In this document: positions 45,956-59,764 of the stretch, one piece after another
How positions within the stretch are numbered: the stretch's first letter is position 1
Layout: every line of letters begins with the position of its first letter
From: Paraspadella gotoi
Taxonomy: Eukaryota; Animalia; Chaetognatha
Reading direction: 5' to 3'
Assembly: GCA_051294375.1 (NCBI GenBank)
Contig: CM119265.1
Location: forward strand, 25,255,132-25,319,131
DNA length: 64,000 bases
The notes under the pieces: generated by a model
The model's database searches: none
What the model saw: the letters and a program-made list of their open reading frames with translations, nothing else
Told to the model about the DNA's origin: nothing
Program-made: the position numbers and the translations under genes

Positions 45956-48900
45956 GCTGCTGAAACGTTATTAATCTCGCGGGATCGGGTTTTCCTTTTT
46001 AAAAAAAAAATCATTTTCCGGTTATTTTTATTTTGTATGCGTGTTTTTGTTTTCATTATTTAGTGATTTATGAAATAAAAAGGACTTAAATTTAAAAGTC
46101 TTCCGACTTTATTTATTATTTCGGTTCCCGACTCAAATTATTTTCTGTAACGAAGGGAAAACTGTGAATTGAAGTGTTTTTTTTTATTTTAAAAGAGATG
46201 AACTCGAAACTGGAGAGGTTAACAAATTGATTCGCTATGTCTGTCTCTCTTTTTCTCGTTACTGGATGACTGTTTCCAAGTTTCTTTTTCTTTTCTTTAT
46301 TTTTCTTTCTTTCTCTCAGATTAATTAACCCTTAATTCACTTAAGATCAAGAGAGATGTACGAGCGAAACTCTTTGAGTAGGATCCTTAAAAATCCCGCA
46401 TCAGATAGAAACGTGAAAAAAAAAGAGTCATCTATTTCACGCTGGGAAATTTAAAGCATAGGACGATCGCTCTGACAAAACTCGCACTTTTTAAGTCACG
46501 ATTTCCATTCACTCTTTTCTTTAATCTTTCGTTAACGTTCGCTAATTGTGAAAAAAAAAAGGCAATTACGTGCTTTCATCGCTTTTTCCCCCATTAGTTC
46601 GATACATTAAGGTTGTCGTCGTTGTCGTCGTCGTATTGGCTGTCGCTGAGCAGCTGGAACGTTCGTTATTGTACCAGGAGCTAAAATTTTAAGAATTTAA
46701 AGCCTCTACTTACGTACATGATATAATTTGTTAGAAATTAAAAGTTTTTTTGTGCCAACTAACAATTGTAAAAACTTTTACATAAAATTTGGATAGAAAA
46801 GCTTTTTTTTCTGGCGAATGATGCTTCAAACCAACTGTTTTTTTTTATATACTACCTCTTGTCGAGAGACACAGAGGGTCCAAAGTTTGAAGAGCCGAGA
46901 TAAATTCTGGTTAATTTTTCGGCTAAATTAAAAAGGAAGACTCGTTAGTTTCTGAAAATAGAATCTGCTCATCAGTAAATTACGATAATTGACTAATAAT
47001 CGTTAAAAAAAACCTGATAGTGAAAATAAAAAATCGGTGACTACTAATTTATAAATTAATTTATGATTTTATCATGAAGTTTGATAGAGACACTCTACTC
47101 TTAAATGCATAGGAACTTCACCCACCTAATCTTAAAAACCTATCACTGCTAATCTAATTAAATAAAATCCTGCTATGACAAGAACAAAAAATGAAGGCAC
47201 TTTAGAGGAAGACGTGATGGCATGTAACTGATTTAAATCAAAACAGAGAATGTACAATTTGATTCACTTGTTAAAAAAAAAAAAAAATTATGGTCTTATT
47301 TTTAAAATTTTCTCATGCTCTTCTTACTTTTTTGAAAGAATACACCAAAATACTTTTTGTTTGCTCCGAAATTTTCTCATTCGCATCTTACTTCTGCTGC
47401 CACCGAGCGTTTGAAGCTAAACTGTCAATGAAAAAAAAGAACAGTTTCGTTTCAAATACAGTTGTATTACAAAAAGATTATCAATAAATGCATTAATGAC
47501 AAAATATTTTTTAGCTTGAATAATGTAGTACATAATGTCTGTCTCGCGTCTAAAACGATAACAAAATTTTAACACGTCATAATTTTTATGAAAGTTAATG
47601 AGAAATTTTAGTTTTTGAAAAAATCTGGCTCAGGATCAGAGGATGAGGATAAATAACATCTTTTAGCAAACAACGTTGGATCTGCCCACGATAATTTACC
47701 ACCGAGATACAATCAGAATAGGTCAAGGTAAATCTTTACTTTTTTGGTTATTAATTAATTTTTAAAATGTATTTTTTAGTTTTTTTTTAAATTTCCGTGT
47801 TCATGATAACAAAATAATGACAAATAAAATATAAAAAGGAAAAAAAAGTATCAGTGAATAACTTCGAACCTTCCCGTGATAATTAAGCACATCAGCTAAC
47901 AAGTCATGTAAATAACGATTCGTTTACCTTTTACATTTTATTATGATCAATAAAGCGTAATGTAAATTCAAAATTCCCCTTGAATTCGGACGGACGGACG
48001 GATGGACGTACGGACGTTTCGGCGACGATCCCGCCACTTGACTTACCCCACCTGACAGCTTTACTTACCTTAGCATCGATATCCGATTCCTTTATCCGAT
48101 CACGTTCACTTCTCTCGACCCACCATCCTCACCTCATTCGCTCGAATCTTATCACATCCATCTCTTTCACCAGCCTCCTGTGAGCCTTCACCCTCTCCCT
48201 CTTTCACCAACTCACGGTGAACTCACCCCTGGTTTCAACGAGGCTTAAAAAGAGCCATCACGATTTATGGGTGACATGCGCGAAGGTCGTAAAGAAAGTG
48301 GACTCGCAGATTTCCTCCCGTTTTTTTTTTATCCATGGTGAGGCATCGCTCCAGGAAGCTTTTCATATGATTTGGTTATAAAATGCATATATTATATTTT
48401 TCTTAACACTAACTTGCCTTAAGAAAAAAATACGAGATTTAATTGCATTGATACTTTGTGGAATGAAGGGACAAATAAGAAAAAAACACTTATTATCCAT
48501 TTACAAGTTAATAAAATTTAAAAAAATATAGAAAAATCCACCTATTTGCCGCCGCATCATACCAACTTAACCTCGGCCCATGTTTTTATATGCAGCAAAA
48601 TCTGAGCGACTGCATCCCTCCAAGTTTTTAAAATCTTTTTTTTAAGACTAAATTATTGCAATTTCGAATTGCCATGGCGCCATCTAATGGAGTCTTGGGA
48701 ACAACATAAATCAGAATCTTCAATATTGCTTTTTTCAATAGATGATTGTTGCTGATGATGTTTTAAGCTGTATATATATATATATCGCTAGCATTGTCAG
48801 CAAAAAGTGTTAAAAAGTGACGCGCTGCATTCAACTTCATTTTTCGTTTCCTCTTTTTTTTTCTCCTTCTCCCGTCGATGCTTTGATTTTTTATGCAAAG

Positions 48901-49794
48901 CGATGGGAACCAGGTTTTTCCTTTGAACTTGACGGCCTCTTACGCTTCTTGGATACAAGATCCAGTTTGCGAGATTATAACATCCGGGTTAAGATTATAA
49001 GATAGGGGTCGAGATTATAAGATCCGGGTTTAGATTATAAGATCCTGGTTGCGAAATTACCTGTCAAAAAAAAAACAAAAACAAATTATACAAGAAAAAA
49101 AAAACTTTTCACGAGAATATTTTTTTCGTCTTCTTTTTAAAAACCCGTTTCAAAATTTCACTTTCTACTTTGTCTCCTTTTCATTTCTAAGAAAAGCTCC
49201 CGAGTCAGTTTTGTTGTCTCTAGACGGTTCAATTTAAATTTTTCATTCTCTCATTTCTTTATGTCTCTTTTTTTCTATTCCCCTACCCCCTCATTTTTTC
49301 CCCAACGATTCTTTACACGATTTTCTCTTCCTTTTCCTCCTTCCCTCCTTCTTTCCTCCCTTTCTCTCTCTCGTTTTCCCCCCTTCTCCTTCTCCCTTTC
49401 CTCCCCCTTCTTTTCCTCTACTTCCGGTTTTTCCCGCGGCGCGCTCGAGCGTCAATTGCAACTGCCGAGGACGATGGTCGCCGTTTCCTTCAACGACCTA
49501 CTTTTCCTTGAAATGACAGTCTTTTGTTCCATTTCCCCACACACGAACTCGAAAATCGTAAGGTTTGTGTGTGTGTCATTGTCGCCGAGTCGTGATTGAA
49601 CCGACGCGCTGTTAAGAAGAGACCTTAAACGTAATGGTAATGTTTGAAAATGTTATTACTAGATATTAACTAAGAGGACGAGGGAGTTTCGATGATATTG
49701 TTTATGCTTTATCGTTTTACGTAAAGTCGAGAACATGGCGATGAATGAATCACATTTACATTTACATTTACATTTACTTTTATTGTATTTTTGT

Positions 49795-49871
<77 letters not shown>

Positions 49872-50808
49872 CTCTTTTTCTGCCAACAGAATATCTTCTC
49901 CCCAGAGGTAAGGGAACCCCAAGGTAGATAAGTATTAAACTTTGACGGATGAAAAACCAAAGTTAAGCTTCTTCATTTTCCATCGCAAAGTTAAAAGCTA
50001 AAAAAGAAAAAAAATTGAGATCGCTTCGTTTCATCTACCGAAACGACCTTTGTGCGTAGAGAATTAGTTAGTTTTAAAATCATCAGCATTCTAATGAGAA
50101 GTCCTTGGGATAAAAAAATTTAAACTACTTAACATTGGACAACTTAACTTAACTTAATATTAAAATAATAAGTGTTCTTTTCCTGCAAAGTTGCCATGAA
50201 TTCATTGCGTTTTAATCCTGAACTAAATTAAATGGTAACAACATGTCGCTAGTTCTTATGAAATTTTTTTTTTCGAACTAGGAAAAGTGGATTTGCCATC
50301 TCTGTCTCTCTCTCTATCTCTCTCTCTCACTCTCACTCTCTCTCTCAGAAAAAGAATAAAACTGGAAAATGTGAGTCGTCGCAGCTGAAAACTCAACTCT
50401 TTCCATCTCGGATCTTCGTCGACGAAAAAAAAATTNNNNNNNNNNNNNNNNNNNNNNNNNNNNNNNNNNNNNNNNNNNNNNNNNNNNNNNNNNNNNNNNN
50501 NNNNNNNNNNNNNNNNNNNNNNNNNNNNNNNNNNNNNNNNNNNNNNNNNNNNNNNNNNNNNNNNNNNNNNNNNNNNNNNNNNNNNNNNNNNNNNNNNNNN
50601 NNNNNNNNNNNNNNNNNNNNNNNNNNNNNNNNNNNNNNNNNNNNNNNNNNNNNNNNNNNNNNNNNNNNNNNNNNNNNNNNNNNNNNNNNNNNNNNNNNNN
50701 NNNNNNNNNNNNNNNNNNNNNNNNNNNNNNNNNNNNNNNNNNNNNNNNNNNNNNNNNNNNNNNNNNNNNNNNNNNNNNNNNNNNNNNNNNNNNNNNNNNN
50801 NNNNNNNN

Positions 50809-51330
50809 AAGAAGGGGGATGGTGGGTGTCGAGGGGGGAGAGAGAGGAGGGAGGGGGGCTCGGGGGGGTTGAGGGGTGGAGAGAGGAAGGGGATGGAGCG
50901 GGAATGTGAGGGGGGTGAGAGAAGAGAAGGAGGGTGGGTGGTGAGTGGGGGGAGGAGAAGAAGGGGGAATGGTGGGGTGAGGGGGGGGAGAGCTAGGAAG
51001 GGGATTGGTGGGGTGGAGGGGGAGAGAGGAAGGGGATGGTTGGGGTGGAGGGGGGTGGTAGGAGAGAAAGGAGGATGGTTGGGGTTTGAGGGGGAGAGAG
51101 GAAGGGATGGTGGGCGTGAGGGGGGAGAGAGGAAGGGGGAATGGGGGGTTGAGGGGGAGAGAGAAGGGGATGGTGGGGGTGAGGGGGGAGAGAGAAGGGG
51201 ATGGTGGGGTGAGGGGGAGAGAGGAAGGGGGGATGCGTGGGGTGATGGGGGGAGAGAGGAGGGGTGATGGGGGTGAGCGGGAGAGAAGGAAGGGGGATGG
51301 TGGGGGTGGAAGGAGGAGGGGTGATGGGAG
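50809..51330. repeat. G-rich ~30-bp degenerate minisatellite abutting an N-gap
   Basis: Repeated gagggggagagaggaaggggatggtggggt. Confidence 0.85.
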
Positions 51331-53873
51331 GGATTGAGATAGGGGGCCTCGTCTCCTTTTCTCCCGAAACTGAGTTTACAATTTTCAGAGTAGGTTCGCT
51401 CCTTAATTGATTTTGTCACCTACTCGTCACCGAGGTTGCGAAAACGCCAAGTTGCAACATAAGCAAAATTCTATGCAAACTTCTATTCTATTCTATTCTA
51501 TTCTATTTTTCTATTCTATTCTATATTCTATTCTATTCTAAGCAAAATTCTCCAACGACGACGACGTTTACTGCGAAATCTTGGGACAGAAGTCGATAAC
51601 GTGAATTAACGAAAAACACTGTGGCTACTGACTTTAATAGTACTGGACTTTAATTCATAATTGTTAGTAACTGTCACGTAATAAAATCCGGTAACAAGTC
51701 TCACCTTTCACGGGACGATAAAATGAACTCCTCTTTCTAGGTTATTTCATAACTCCCCCTATTGCTTGTAATTATTGTTTTATTTTATCTATATGTTAAA
51801 ATGTATATATTTACAATTTTACTTTTTGTTGAATCGTCCATTCGCCGACGGACATTTATAGCGACGGACGAAAACAAAAGGGACGGCGACGAAATGTTTT
51901 CACAAACACGAAGCGACGCCTCTCGGCGGAAACGAGTTCGTGAGTGGGAAGAACATAGAAAAAAAAAANNNNNNNNNNNNNNNNNNNNNNNNNNNNNNNN
52001 NNNNNNNNNNNNNNNNNNNNNNNNNNNNNNNNNNNNNNNNNNNNNNNNNNNNNNNNNNNNNNNNNNNNNNNNNNNNNNNNNNNNNNNNNNNNNNNNNNNN
52101 NNNNNNNNNNNNNNNNNNNNNNNNNNNNNAGAGAGCGAGAGAGAGACTCAAAACAGAGGAACGAAGGAAAGAGAGAAAAGGAGGGAAATAAATATAGCGA
52201 GAGAAACAGAGAAACAGATGGAAGAAACATTTAATGTTTTTGTGGCGACTTAAAATTGGAAAAAAATTTGTTAATGGTTAGAAATTAAAAGAAATTAATA
52301 AAAAAAAGAAAAAAAAAGAAAAGAAGACGACAGGTGCAAAACGACCATCGCCTCCTGCTCCTCCCACACCTGCCTCCGGCACCTGCATCCACCTGTCGCC
52401 AGTGGACCGAGAAAAATACGATAAGATGATTTTTTTTTCTTCCGATTTTCTTTGTTTATTTCGACGACGACGACGACGACGATGATAAAATAGGAAACAA
52501 CAAAACAGTCTCAACCAGGAATTGAGTGACAAAAACTTGTCGGACTGATAAGGAAGTCAATCAATTGGTCGGTCTAACTGTCGGTCTAACTGTCGGTCTA
52601 ACTGTCGGTCTAACTGTCGGTCTGACTGTCGGTTGAGTTTTCAGTCGGGTTAATTGATCTCTTAGTTTCTTGACGATTAGTGCAGTTAGAAAGGATAATC
52701 TGGACTCACCTGCCACAGAAGTTAATCACTGTCTTACGGTGATTGGATAGTTGGAAAATAAACTACGCCAAAAAAAAAGACTAATGATAATCATAACGAA
52801 ATTTAATTTCTTTTGGGTTATGAATAAGCCTCAGCAAAAAAAAGAAGAAATTCTCACATATTCTCACATATCCTCCAACCTGTAAGAAGCCGTTTTATAA
52901 GCCAACATCCCTGTAACCGGGCAATCGGCCTCATAAATTACCGGGCGTCGTTCCTAACGAGTTCCCGAAGACTCGACCGTCTTTTTTCTTTCTTTTTTTT
53001 CGTCAAAGAAGAAAAACAAATAAAAGTCTAAAGAATAACGAGCAGAACCGCAGACCGGTGAGACGGTAAGTCGTGTGAGTGGAAGGCGTCGGAGGGCGCT
53101 GCCGGTATAAGACTGTGGCGTCGGAGTATAATGGCTATGCCGCTGTAAAAAGAGTAAAAAGAGTTTGATGCCGAAGTAAGAGGTGAGGTGGGGTGAGGTG
53201 AGGTAAGAGGGTGAGACTAGTGTAAAAATCAGACGCTTTCTAAAGACAAAGGCGCACGGACAAAAAAATGCTGTCAAAAAAAGATGGCGTAGTTATTATT
53301 TAAGTAGAAATATCGGCGTATTAAATGGGGGGCTGTCGTTTGAAAAATGAGGCGTGGGCGACTCCAAGGCGGCGTCGTCAATCGTCACGCGGGGGGGGGG
53401 AGGTGTGGTGGGGGAGTGTGGGAGGGAGAGGAGGGGTAAGTTCGAAGAAGTCACTCGACGATAGTTTGACGAAGGGACGTCGAATTCCGAATGAACGCCG
53501 CGAGAACTAAACTAAAATATGAAGGAACCAGATATCAGGAAGGTTGCCATGGAAATGGATAAACAATTCGATAAGGATTGGCTCTATCAAGACGTAACGC
53601 GTGTCGAGAAATAATAGGTAATGCTTGAAGTTTAAAAATTGTCTACGCCGAGATCCAGAATGGCGCCGCGAGAGGGAGTCACCATCTGACGGCACGAGAC
53701 GCTTTTTTATTCCCGGCGCCGGAAATTGGAAAGTCATTTCCGGTTTCGTGATGATTGATTCTCGTTCGGACGTCGAGGAACTTTGGGCGACTTTATGTTT
53801 TTTTTGTTTTTCGTTTCATTCATTCATTCATTCATTCGTTCATTCATTCATTCATTCATTTTATTTATTTATT

Positions 53874-53913
<40 letters not shown>

Positions 53914-53940
53914 TTTTATTTATTTATTTATTTATTTATT

Positions 53941-53975
<35 letters not shown>

Positions 53976-54847
53976 CTTATTTATTATTTACTTATTATTT
54001 ATTTACTTATTTATTTATTTATTTATTTTCATTATTTTTTATTTTTATTATTCATTCATTCATTCATTCATTCATTCATTTTTATTTTTATTTTTCTTTC
54101 CTTTACTTTTTCTTTTTCTTTCCTTCTTTTATCTCTTTCCTTTCGTCCCTCTCTTTTCTCCCTTTTCTTTCCTTCTTTTATCTCTTTCCTTTCCTCCTTC
54201 TTTTCTCCCATTTTTCCTTCTTTTATTTTTCTCCTTTCCTCCTTCTTTTCTCTTTTTTTTCCCTTCTTTATCTCTTTCCTTTCCTCCCTTTCCTCCCCTT
54301 TCTTTCCTTCTTCTACCTCATTTCCTCCTTCTTTTCTCTCTTTTCTTTTATTCTTTTATCTCTTTCCTTTTCTCCTTCTTCTTTTCTCCCTTTTCTTTCC
54401 TTCTTTTATCTCTTTCCTATCCTCATTATTCTTTTCTCCCTTTTCTTTCCTTCTTTTCTTTCTTTCCTTTGCTCCTTCTTCTTTTCTCCCTTTTCTTTCC
54501 TTCTTTTATCTCTTTCCTTTCCTCCCTCTCTTTTCTCCCTTTTCTTTTCTTCTTTTATCCTTTTCCTTTCCTCCTTCTTCTCTTCTCCCTCCGCTCATTT
54601 TTCATCCGTTCGTCGGCCTCTGCCTTCCGCCTCCGATCAATGGCGTATTGACGACGTCTCGAGTCTCTCGGTTGCTGTTGTACTTGCTGTTGTTGTTGCT
54701 GTTGTTGTTGATGTTGTCGTATTTTCAAGTTGCGTCGGTAGATGGTTCTTCCAATTTTTTTAAGCGTATTTAATAAGAACGAATCACAACAGAATATTTA
54801 TACACACATTTTGGCACTATTTGATAAATCCCTAAAATTATTTTTTT

Positions 54848-54854
54848 AAAAAAA
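54848..54854 (-). terminator. RNA polymerase III oligo-T terminator of tRNA-Asp
   Basis: T7 run 5 nt downstream of the tRNA 3' end. Confidence 0.8.
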
Positions 54855-54859
54855 TGAAG

Positions 54860-54931
54860 CTCCCCGGCGGGGAATCGAACCCCGGTCTCTCGCGTGACAG
54901 GCGAGGATACTCACCACTATACTACCGAGGA
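54860..54931 (-). tRNA. trnD-GTC: tRNA-Asp (anticodon GTC)
   Basis: TCCTCGGTAGTATAGTGGTGAGTATCCTCGCCTGTCACGCGAGAGACCGGGGTTCGATTCCCCGCCGGGGAG; 72 nt, full cloverleaf with A and B boxes; closely resembles canonical metazoan tRNA-Asp. Confidence 0.98.
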
Positions 54932-55854
54932 CCTTGCTTAAAGTGCTAAGATTCCCCCGTAGGGACTACCTCACTTTCAAAGCTGTCTTCGTCATCAGAC
55001 AACATTCCTTAATTCATGATCATTATACTTGATCATCAACCCTAATTGTTAACCTAAACTTTAAACTTAAACTTTAAACTATCAACCTTAATTCTTATTT
55101 AAATTCCTAACATAATCATTAACCCTTATCTTTCATCAAATCCCTTTCCTCTATCCCCGACCCAATTTTTCAAAAACCTCAAAACTAATTTAATCAAAAA
55201 AATTTGACCGGAAATGGGACGCTTTAAGCAAATATGGCCCTCTTTTTGCTTCTCTTTTGGTTCCATTGGAAAAGAAACTCGATTTTTAATGACTTGCTTC
55301 GCCAAGTTGTGTATACGACTCCAGAGGCGCCAAGACCTCGATCCGAGGTGCCTAGACCTCGAATGGGAGGTGCCGAGACTTGGAGACTGAAGGTGCCGAG
55401 GCGCTAATTAAGGGCGCCGGTCTCTAGAGCCGAGAAAAAGATCGAGGAGGCAAAGAAGAAAAAAAAAGGAAAAAGGAAGAAAGAGAATAAAAAAAACAAA
55501 AAAAAAAAGGAAAAGAGAAAATCTCGAACGAGGAATCGACGCCTCGAGATTTTAAAGGCGTCGAACTTTTCTTCTCGCCAGCACAGTTGTTTGACTCGTG
55601 GCGGAATTCCACAGTGGTTTATTCGCAATGTGATTGCATTGCAGAGAAAATTTATATCAATGTTTTTGAAAAAAAAAAGAAACACTAAAACGAAACAAAT
55701 ACTGTTTTTTAGTCTTTCGCTTTCCTCTTTTTATTTTTAGAAATATTTAATTATATTTTCTTGGTTATATTTAGATGTCTAAACTATAAAATGACCGGAT
55801 CTGACATTATCATCTCAACCAACAGCGAATGATGTTGATCTTTGGTGTTGGACC

Positions 55855-56225
55855 TTGATGATGTTCTCGTTCTCGTCGTCGTTGTCTCGCGTTTCGTCGT
55901 CGTCGTCTTCGTTGTAGTCGTCGTCGTCATCGTCGTCGTCAGTTTCGTCGTCATCGTCGTCGTCATCAACGTCGTCGTCGTCTCGTCGCTGCGTCGTCGT
56001 TGTCGTCGTCGTTGTCGTCGTCATCGTCGTCTTCGTTGTAGTCGTCGTCGTCATCGTCGTCGTCAGCTTCGTCGTCATCGTCGTCGTCATCAACGTCGTC
56101 GTCGACCTCCTCGTCTGCCGTCGTCGTTGTCGTCGTCGTTGGTCGTCGTCATCGTCGTCGTCAGCTTCGTCGTCATCGTCGTCGTCGTCATCGTCGTCGT
56201 CGTCGACCCCATCGTCGTCCTCATC
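55855..56225. repeat. (GTC/ATC)n trinucleotide array with an internal block duplication
   Basis: gtcttcgttgtagtcgtcgtcgtcatcgtcgtcgtcag occurs twice; similar tracts at 40620-40790 and 17100-17180. Confidence 0.9.
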
Positions 56226-56833
56226 TTCCCTGCGTCTCCTGAGAGTCGCAATGTTTTTTGTCAAGGTTTATGGCAGAATTAAAATTGACAACAAAATTTT
56301 TATTCTTTGTTTGTTTTTTTCTGTCGCGTCGTTTTCTCTTGATAATATTACGTATTCTTTATCATACTCTAATTCATTCAGTCTTTTTATTTTGAATTTA
56401 TTCATTCACTCGATTTTCCTTTATAGAATTAAAACACTCGTTCATTTAATCAGTCATCCATACATTAATTCAGTTATTCAGTCATTCTTTATTCATTCAT
56501 TCATTCATTTGTTTAAATAATTAATTAATTAATTTATTTATTAAATAAATAATTAATTCATGCATTAATGAATTTTTTTATTCTTTCATTCATTTGGTCA
56601 TTCATTTATTCATACATTCATGCATGAATTCATTGATTCATTCTTTCATTCTTTCATTCATTCTCCAATTCAATTATACATTCTTCCTCAAAGGGTACTT
56701 CATTGCGGTTCAGCCAACCGAACCATCCTCGCGCCAACTTCGTCTCCGAGGGGAAAGATGCGCTTTTTTTTATCCGAATCTAATTTGCATAGTCACCTGT
56801 GGATGACGCGTCGAATGCCATTAATCTCCTTTC

Positions 56834-56943
<110 letters not shown>

Positions 56944-58129
56944 ACAATGATATTCATGAGAAAAAAAAAGCCGGGAGAAAAACACGAAATAAAGATAACA
57001 TTCAAGCGACAACAGTTTTCCAATCTGCATCCTTAGAGTAAAGTTTGAGGCGCTCAACGAAACATTTAAAAGGAGGAGAACAACGCGGGGGCAACAATAA
57101 AGTATATAAAATATATACAACTACATACAGTTAAAACAACTATTGAAACCATATGCCATCTCATTGATAGTGAAGCCAGGTGCTCTTGAAATGAATGAAC
57201 TTGATTGTGAAGGAATCTTGATTGAAAACTTACGGGGTCCTGCTATTTCATTATCTTGTAAGAGTCAGGATTGCTTATCTCCTAAATGAATGTATAAATT
57301 TATATTTGTTGTATCAATTTCATAAAAGAACAAAACTTGAAAATGGATATATGCACCCTGGCACCCTGGCCTGGCGTCTTCCGCGGGCAGCCTCGCTCGG
57401 CGCCCTTACCTGACACTCTGGCATGGGTCCCTGACCTGACACCCTTGTAAGCCGCAATCGCCTGGCGCTTTCACCTGGCGCCCTCGCCGCCTGAAAGAGC
57501 AAGACGGAGTTTGTCTTTTTATTCAAGGTCGCTTCCATTTCTGGGCGGAAGAAAAGAAAAGGAGCAGATAATGGGGAAGATGACGACGAAGACGACGACG
57601 ACGAAGGCGACGACGACGACGACGATGACGCATGTCGAAATTGCAACTTCGCGGAGTTGGAAAATTGATTAGAAAATAAACGTAAAACTATACAAAAAAT
57701 ATCAATGTTCATTTTGTAAAATAAAAAGTTTATAAAAATAAACAATTTATAAAAAGATTTTTAAATTTCAAGTTTAAATTAATACGTTCAGACGCGAATA
57801 ATAAATTATTTTACATCGACAACTTAATTCAATGAGAACAAAATAACAAGTTCGACGTTATATGTAAAATCGGAAGGACAATCAAGAAAACTAAAAACTC
57901 CCCGACGACGACGATGGCGACGACGATGGCGACGACGATGACGACAACTTACGATGATCACATTATTCACTTTGTCGATAGGTTCTCTTTCTCGCAAATG
58001 CGACAACAACAACAACAACAACACCGAGAATCCGTCTTTCCCCTTCTCTTTTTTCTTTCCGCTTGATCACCGTCTTCGCTTTCTCCTCCTCTGAATGTTC
58101 ATGAGCGAATTTAAGGCTCTGGAAATTAG

Positions 58130-58590
58130 GTCATTTGAGGTCGCGTCACGCCGCGCGCCAAATTCCCTTAACGGCGCGCTCTTGATTCTTTATACTGCGC
58201 GCGCACGATTCCATCACGCGCACACTATTCAGTTTAAGGCGCGTAACACAATACAACTGAAAGCGCGCAACCAAATCAATTTATGGCGCACGGCAAATTT
58301 CCTTAACGGCGCTCTCTTGATTCGTTATACTGCGATTCTATCACGTGCACCCTATTTTATTTAAAGCACGCTCCTAATTTCGTTTAAGGCGCGCACCCAA
58401 TTCCTTTTAAAGCGCGCACCAAATTCTCTTAACGGCGCTCTCTTGATTCTTTATAAGGTGCGCGCACCATTCTTTCCCACGCACCCAATTTTATTTGAGG
58501 CGTGTGACAAATTTCCCGCTCTTGATTCTTTATATTGCGCGTGCACGATTCTCTCTGAAGGCGCGCGCTCATTTCAATTTTTGACGCGTG
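58130..58590. repeat. Degenerate GCGC-rich tandem repeat
   Basis: cttaacggcgc.ctcttgattc.ttata recurs 3-4 times among ~23-bp ...aggcgcgcac... subunits. Confidence 0.7.
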
Positions 58591-59692
58591 CCTTTAACTT
58601 GTTCACAGAATTCACTTTTTTTACTGTTCATAATTGTCTTTTCAAAAGTTTACTAATTACTTTAGTTTTACTTTTGTTCCTTCTGCAAAGTTACTTTTTT
58701 CTTCGTGAATCTCAACGATTTTCCAAACTCCGACCTCACATCCTTTCTTAATTATTAATACGCAACCAACGTTCTTCACAAGATAAACTTTCTTTATTCA
58801 GTAATTCGCTTCACCAAATTTCTGTCTTCACTCATTGAGGCCCAACTCTCCGCCTACCAATTTTGCTTACACAGATATGCTCACCATGAGCCTTTTTCGG
58901 CTCATTACCCGTCATCGCCAAGTGAACTTAACCCTACGACCGTGTCAAATTTTGACTTTCCCGCCGATCCGATTCCTTTCTTTACCTCGAGCGACCCGCT
59001 CAAAACCATCTGCCTCCTATCCCCCCCTCCTCTTTAGCTGCTGTGAACATCAAGTATTGAAGGTTAACAGTGAAAAGAAACTCGACAAGTGTAACTCATT
59101 GTTGTCGTTGTTCTCCTTCTTCCATTTTTTCGCTTCGGCGGTCGTCATTGAGTTTGTTTTGGTTGTCGTCGTCGTCGTCGCGTCGTCGTCGTCGTCGTCG
59201 GTCGTTTCGTTTGTTTTTTTTCCACCAACGATTTCCCTTTTCCCCTAAACCACTCTTCTCTCCCCCGTTTCTTCTCTTCCCCCCCCCCGCAAATTTTCAT
59301 TTCGATAACAAAAATAAACGGGAAATGAAAGGGGGGGGAGAGGGGGGGGAGGGGGGTGGGGAGTTTCGGGCTTAATTTCAAAGCGCCTGCGGAATTATCA
59401 GTTGAAGGCCATCAGTCATTCCAGTCATTCTCCCTTTCGCTCTCCTCTCCACCAGCCACTTCGGCCCGTCCGCTCACCCCCGCTCCCTCGCCTCTTTCCG
59501 ATGTTTTCCCTCTTTAATGTTTTGTTTTTCCTTTTTGTTTTCTGGGGGTTTTTTTTTAAGGTTTTTTTTTTTTGGAGGAAGGTTTTCTGTTATTCTTCGG
59601 TCGAGCCGAAGTTTGATTGGGAGAGAAATTAGTGCGTTAAAATTTGCGTTGGGTGTTTGATTGAGATGTTTTGTCGTCTGTCCTTTTTTTTT

Positions 59693-59764
<72 letters not shown>

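Noticed and set aside
46935-46980. Possible minimal hammerhead ribozyme on the minus strand (CTGATGA...GAAAC taacga GTC)
   Set aside because: The core motifs are present, but stem I does not pair and stem II lacks a closing pair, so it is chance or fully decayed.
50256-51419. 387-aa Pro-rich ORF
   Set aside because: It consists of a G-rich minisatellite plus an N-gap.
53625-54773. Three overlapping 300-380-aa hydrophobic ORFs
   Set aside because: They are translations of (TTTA)n, (TTCA)n and polypyrimidine tracts.
55815-56264. Poly-Asp acidic protein ORF (similar ORFs at 40610-41134 and 16852-17256)
   Set aside because: (GAC/GAT)n repeats are open in several frames, and there is no splice or domain support.
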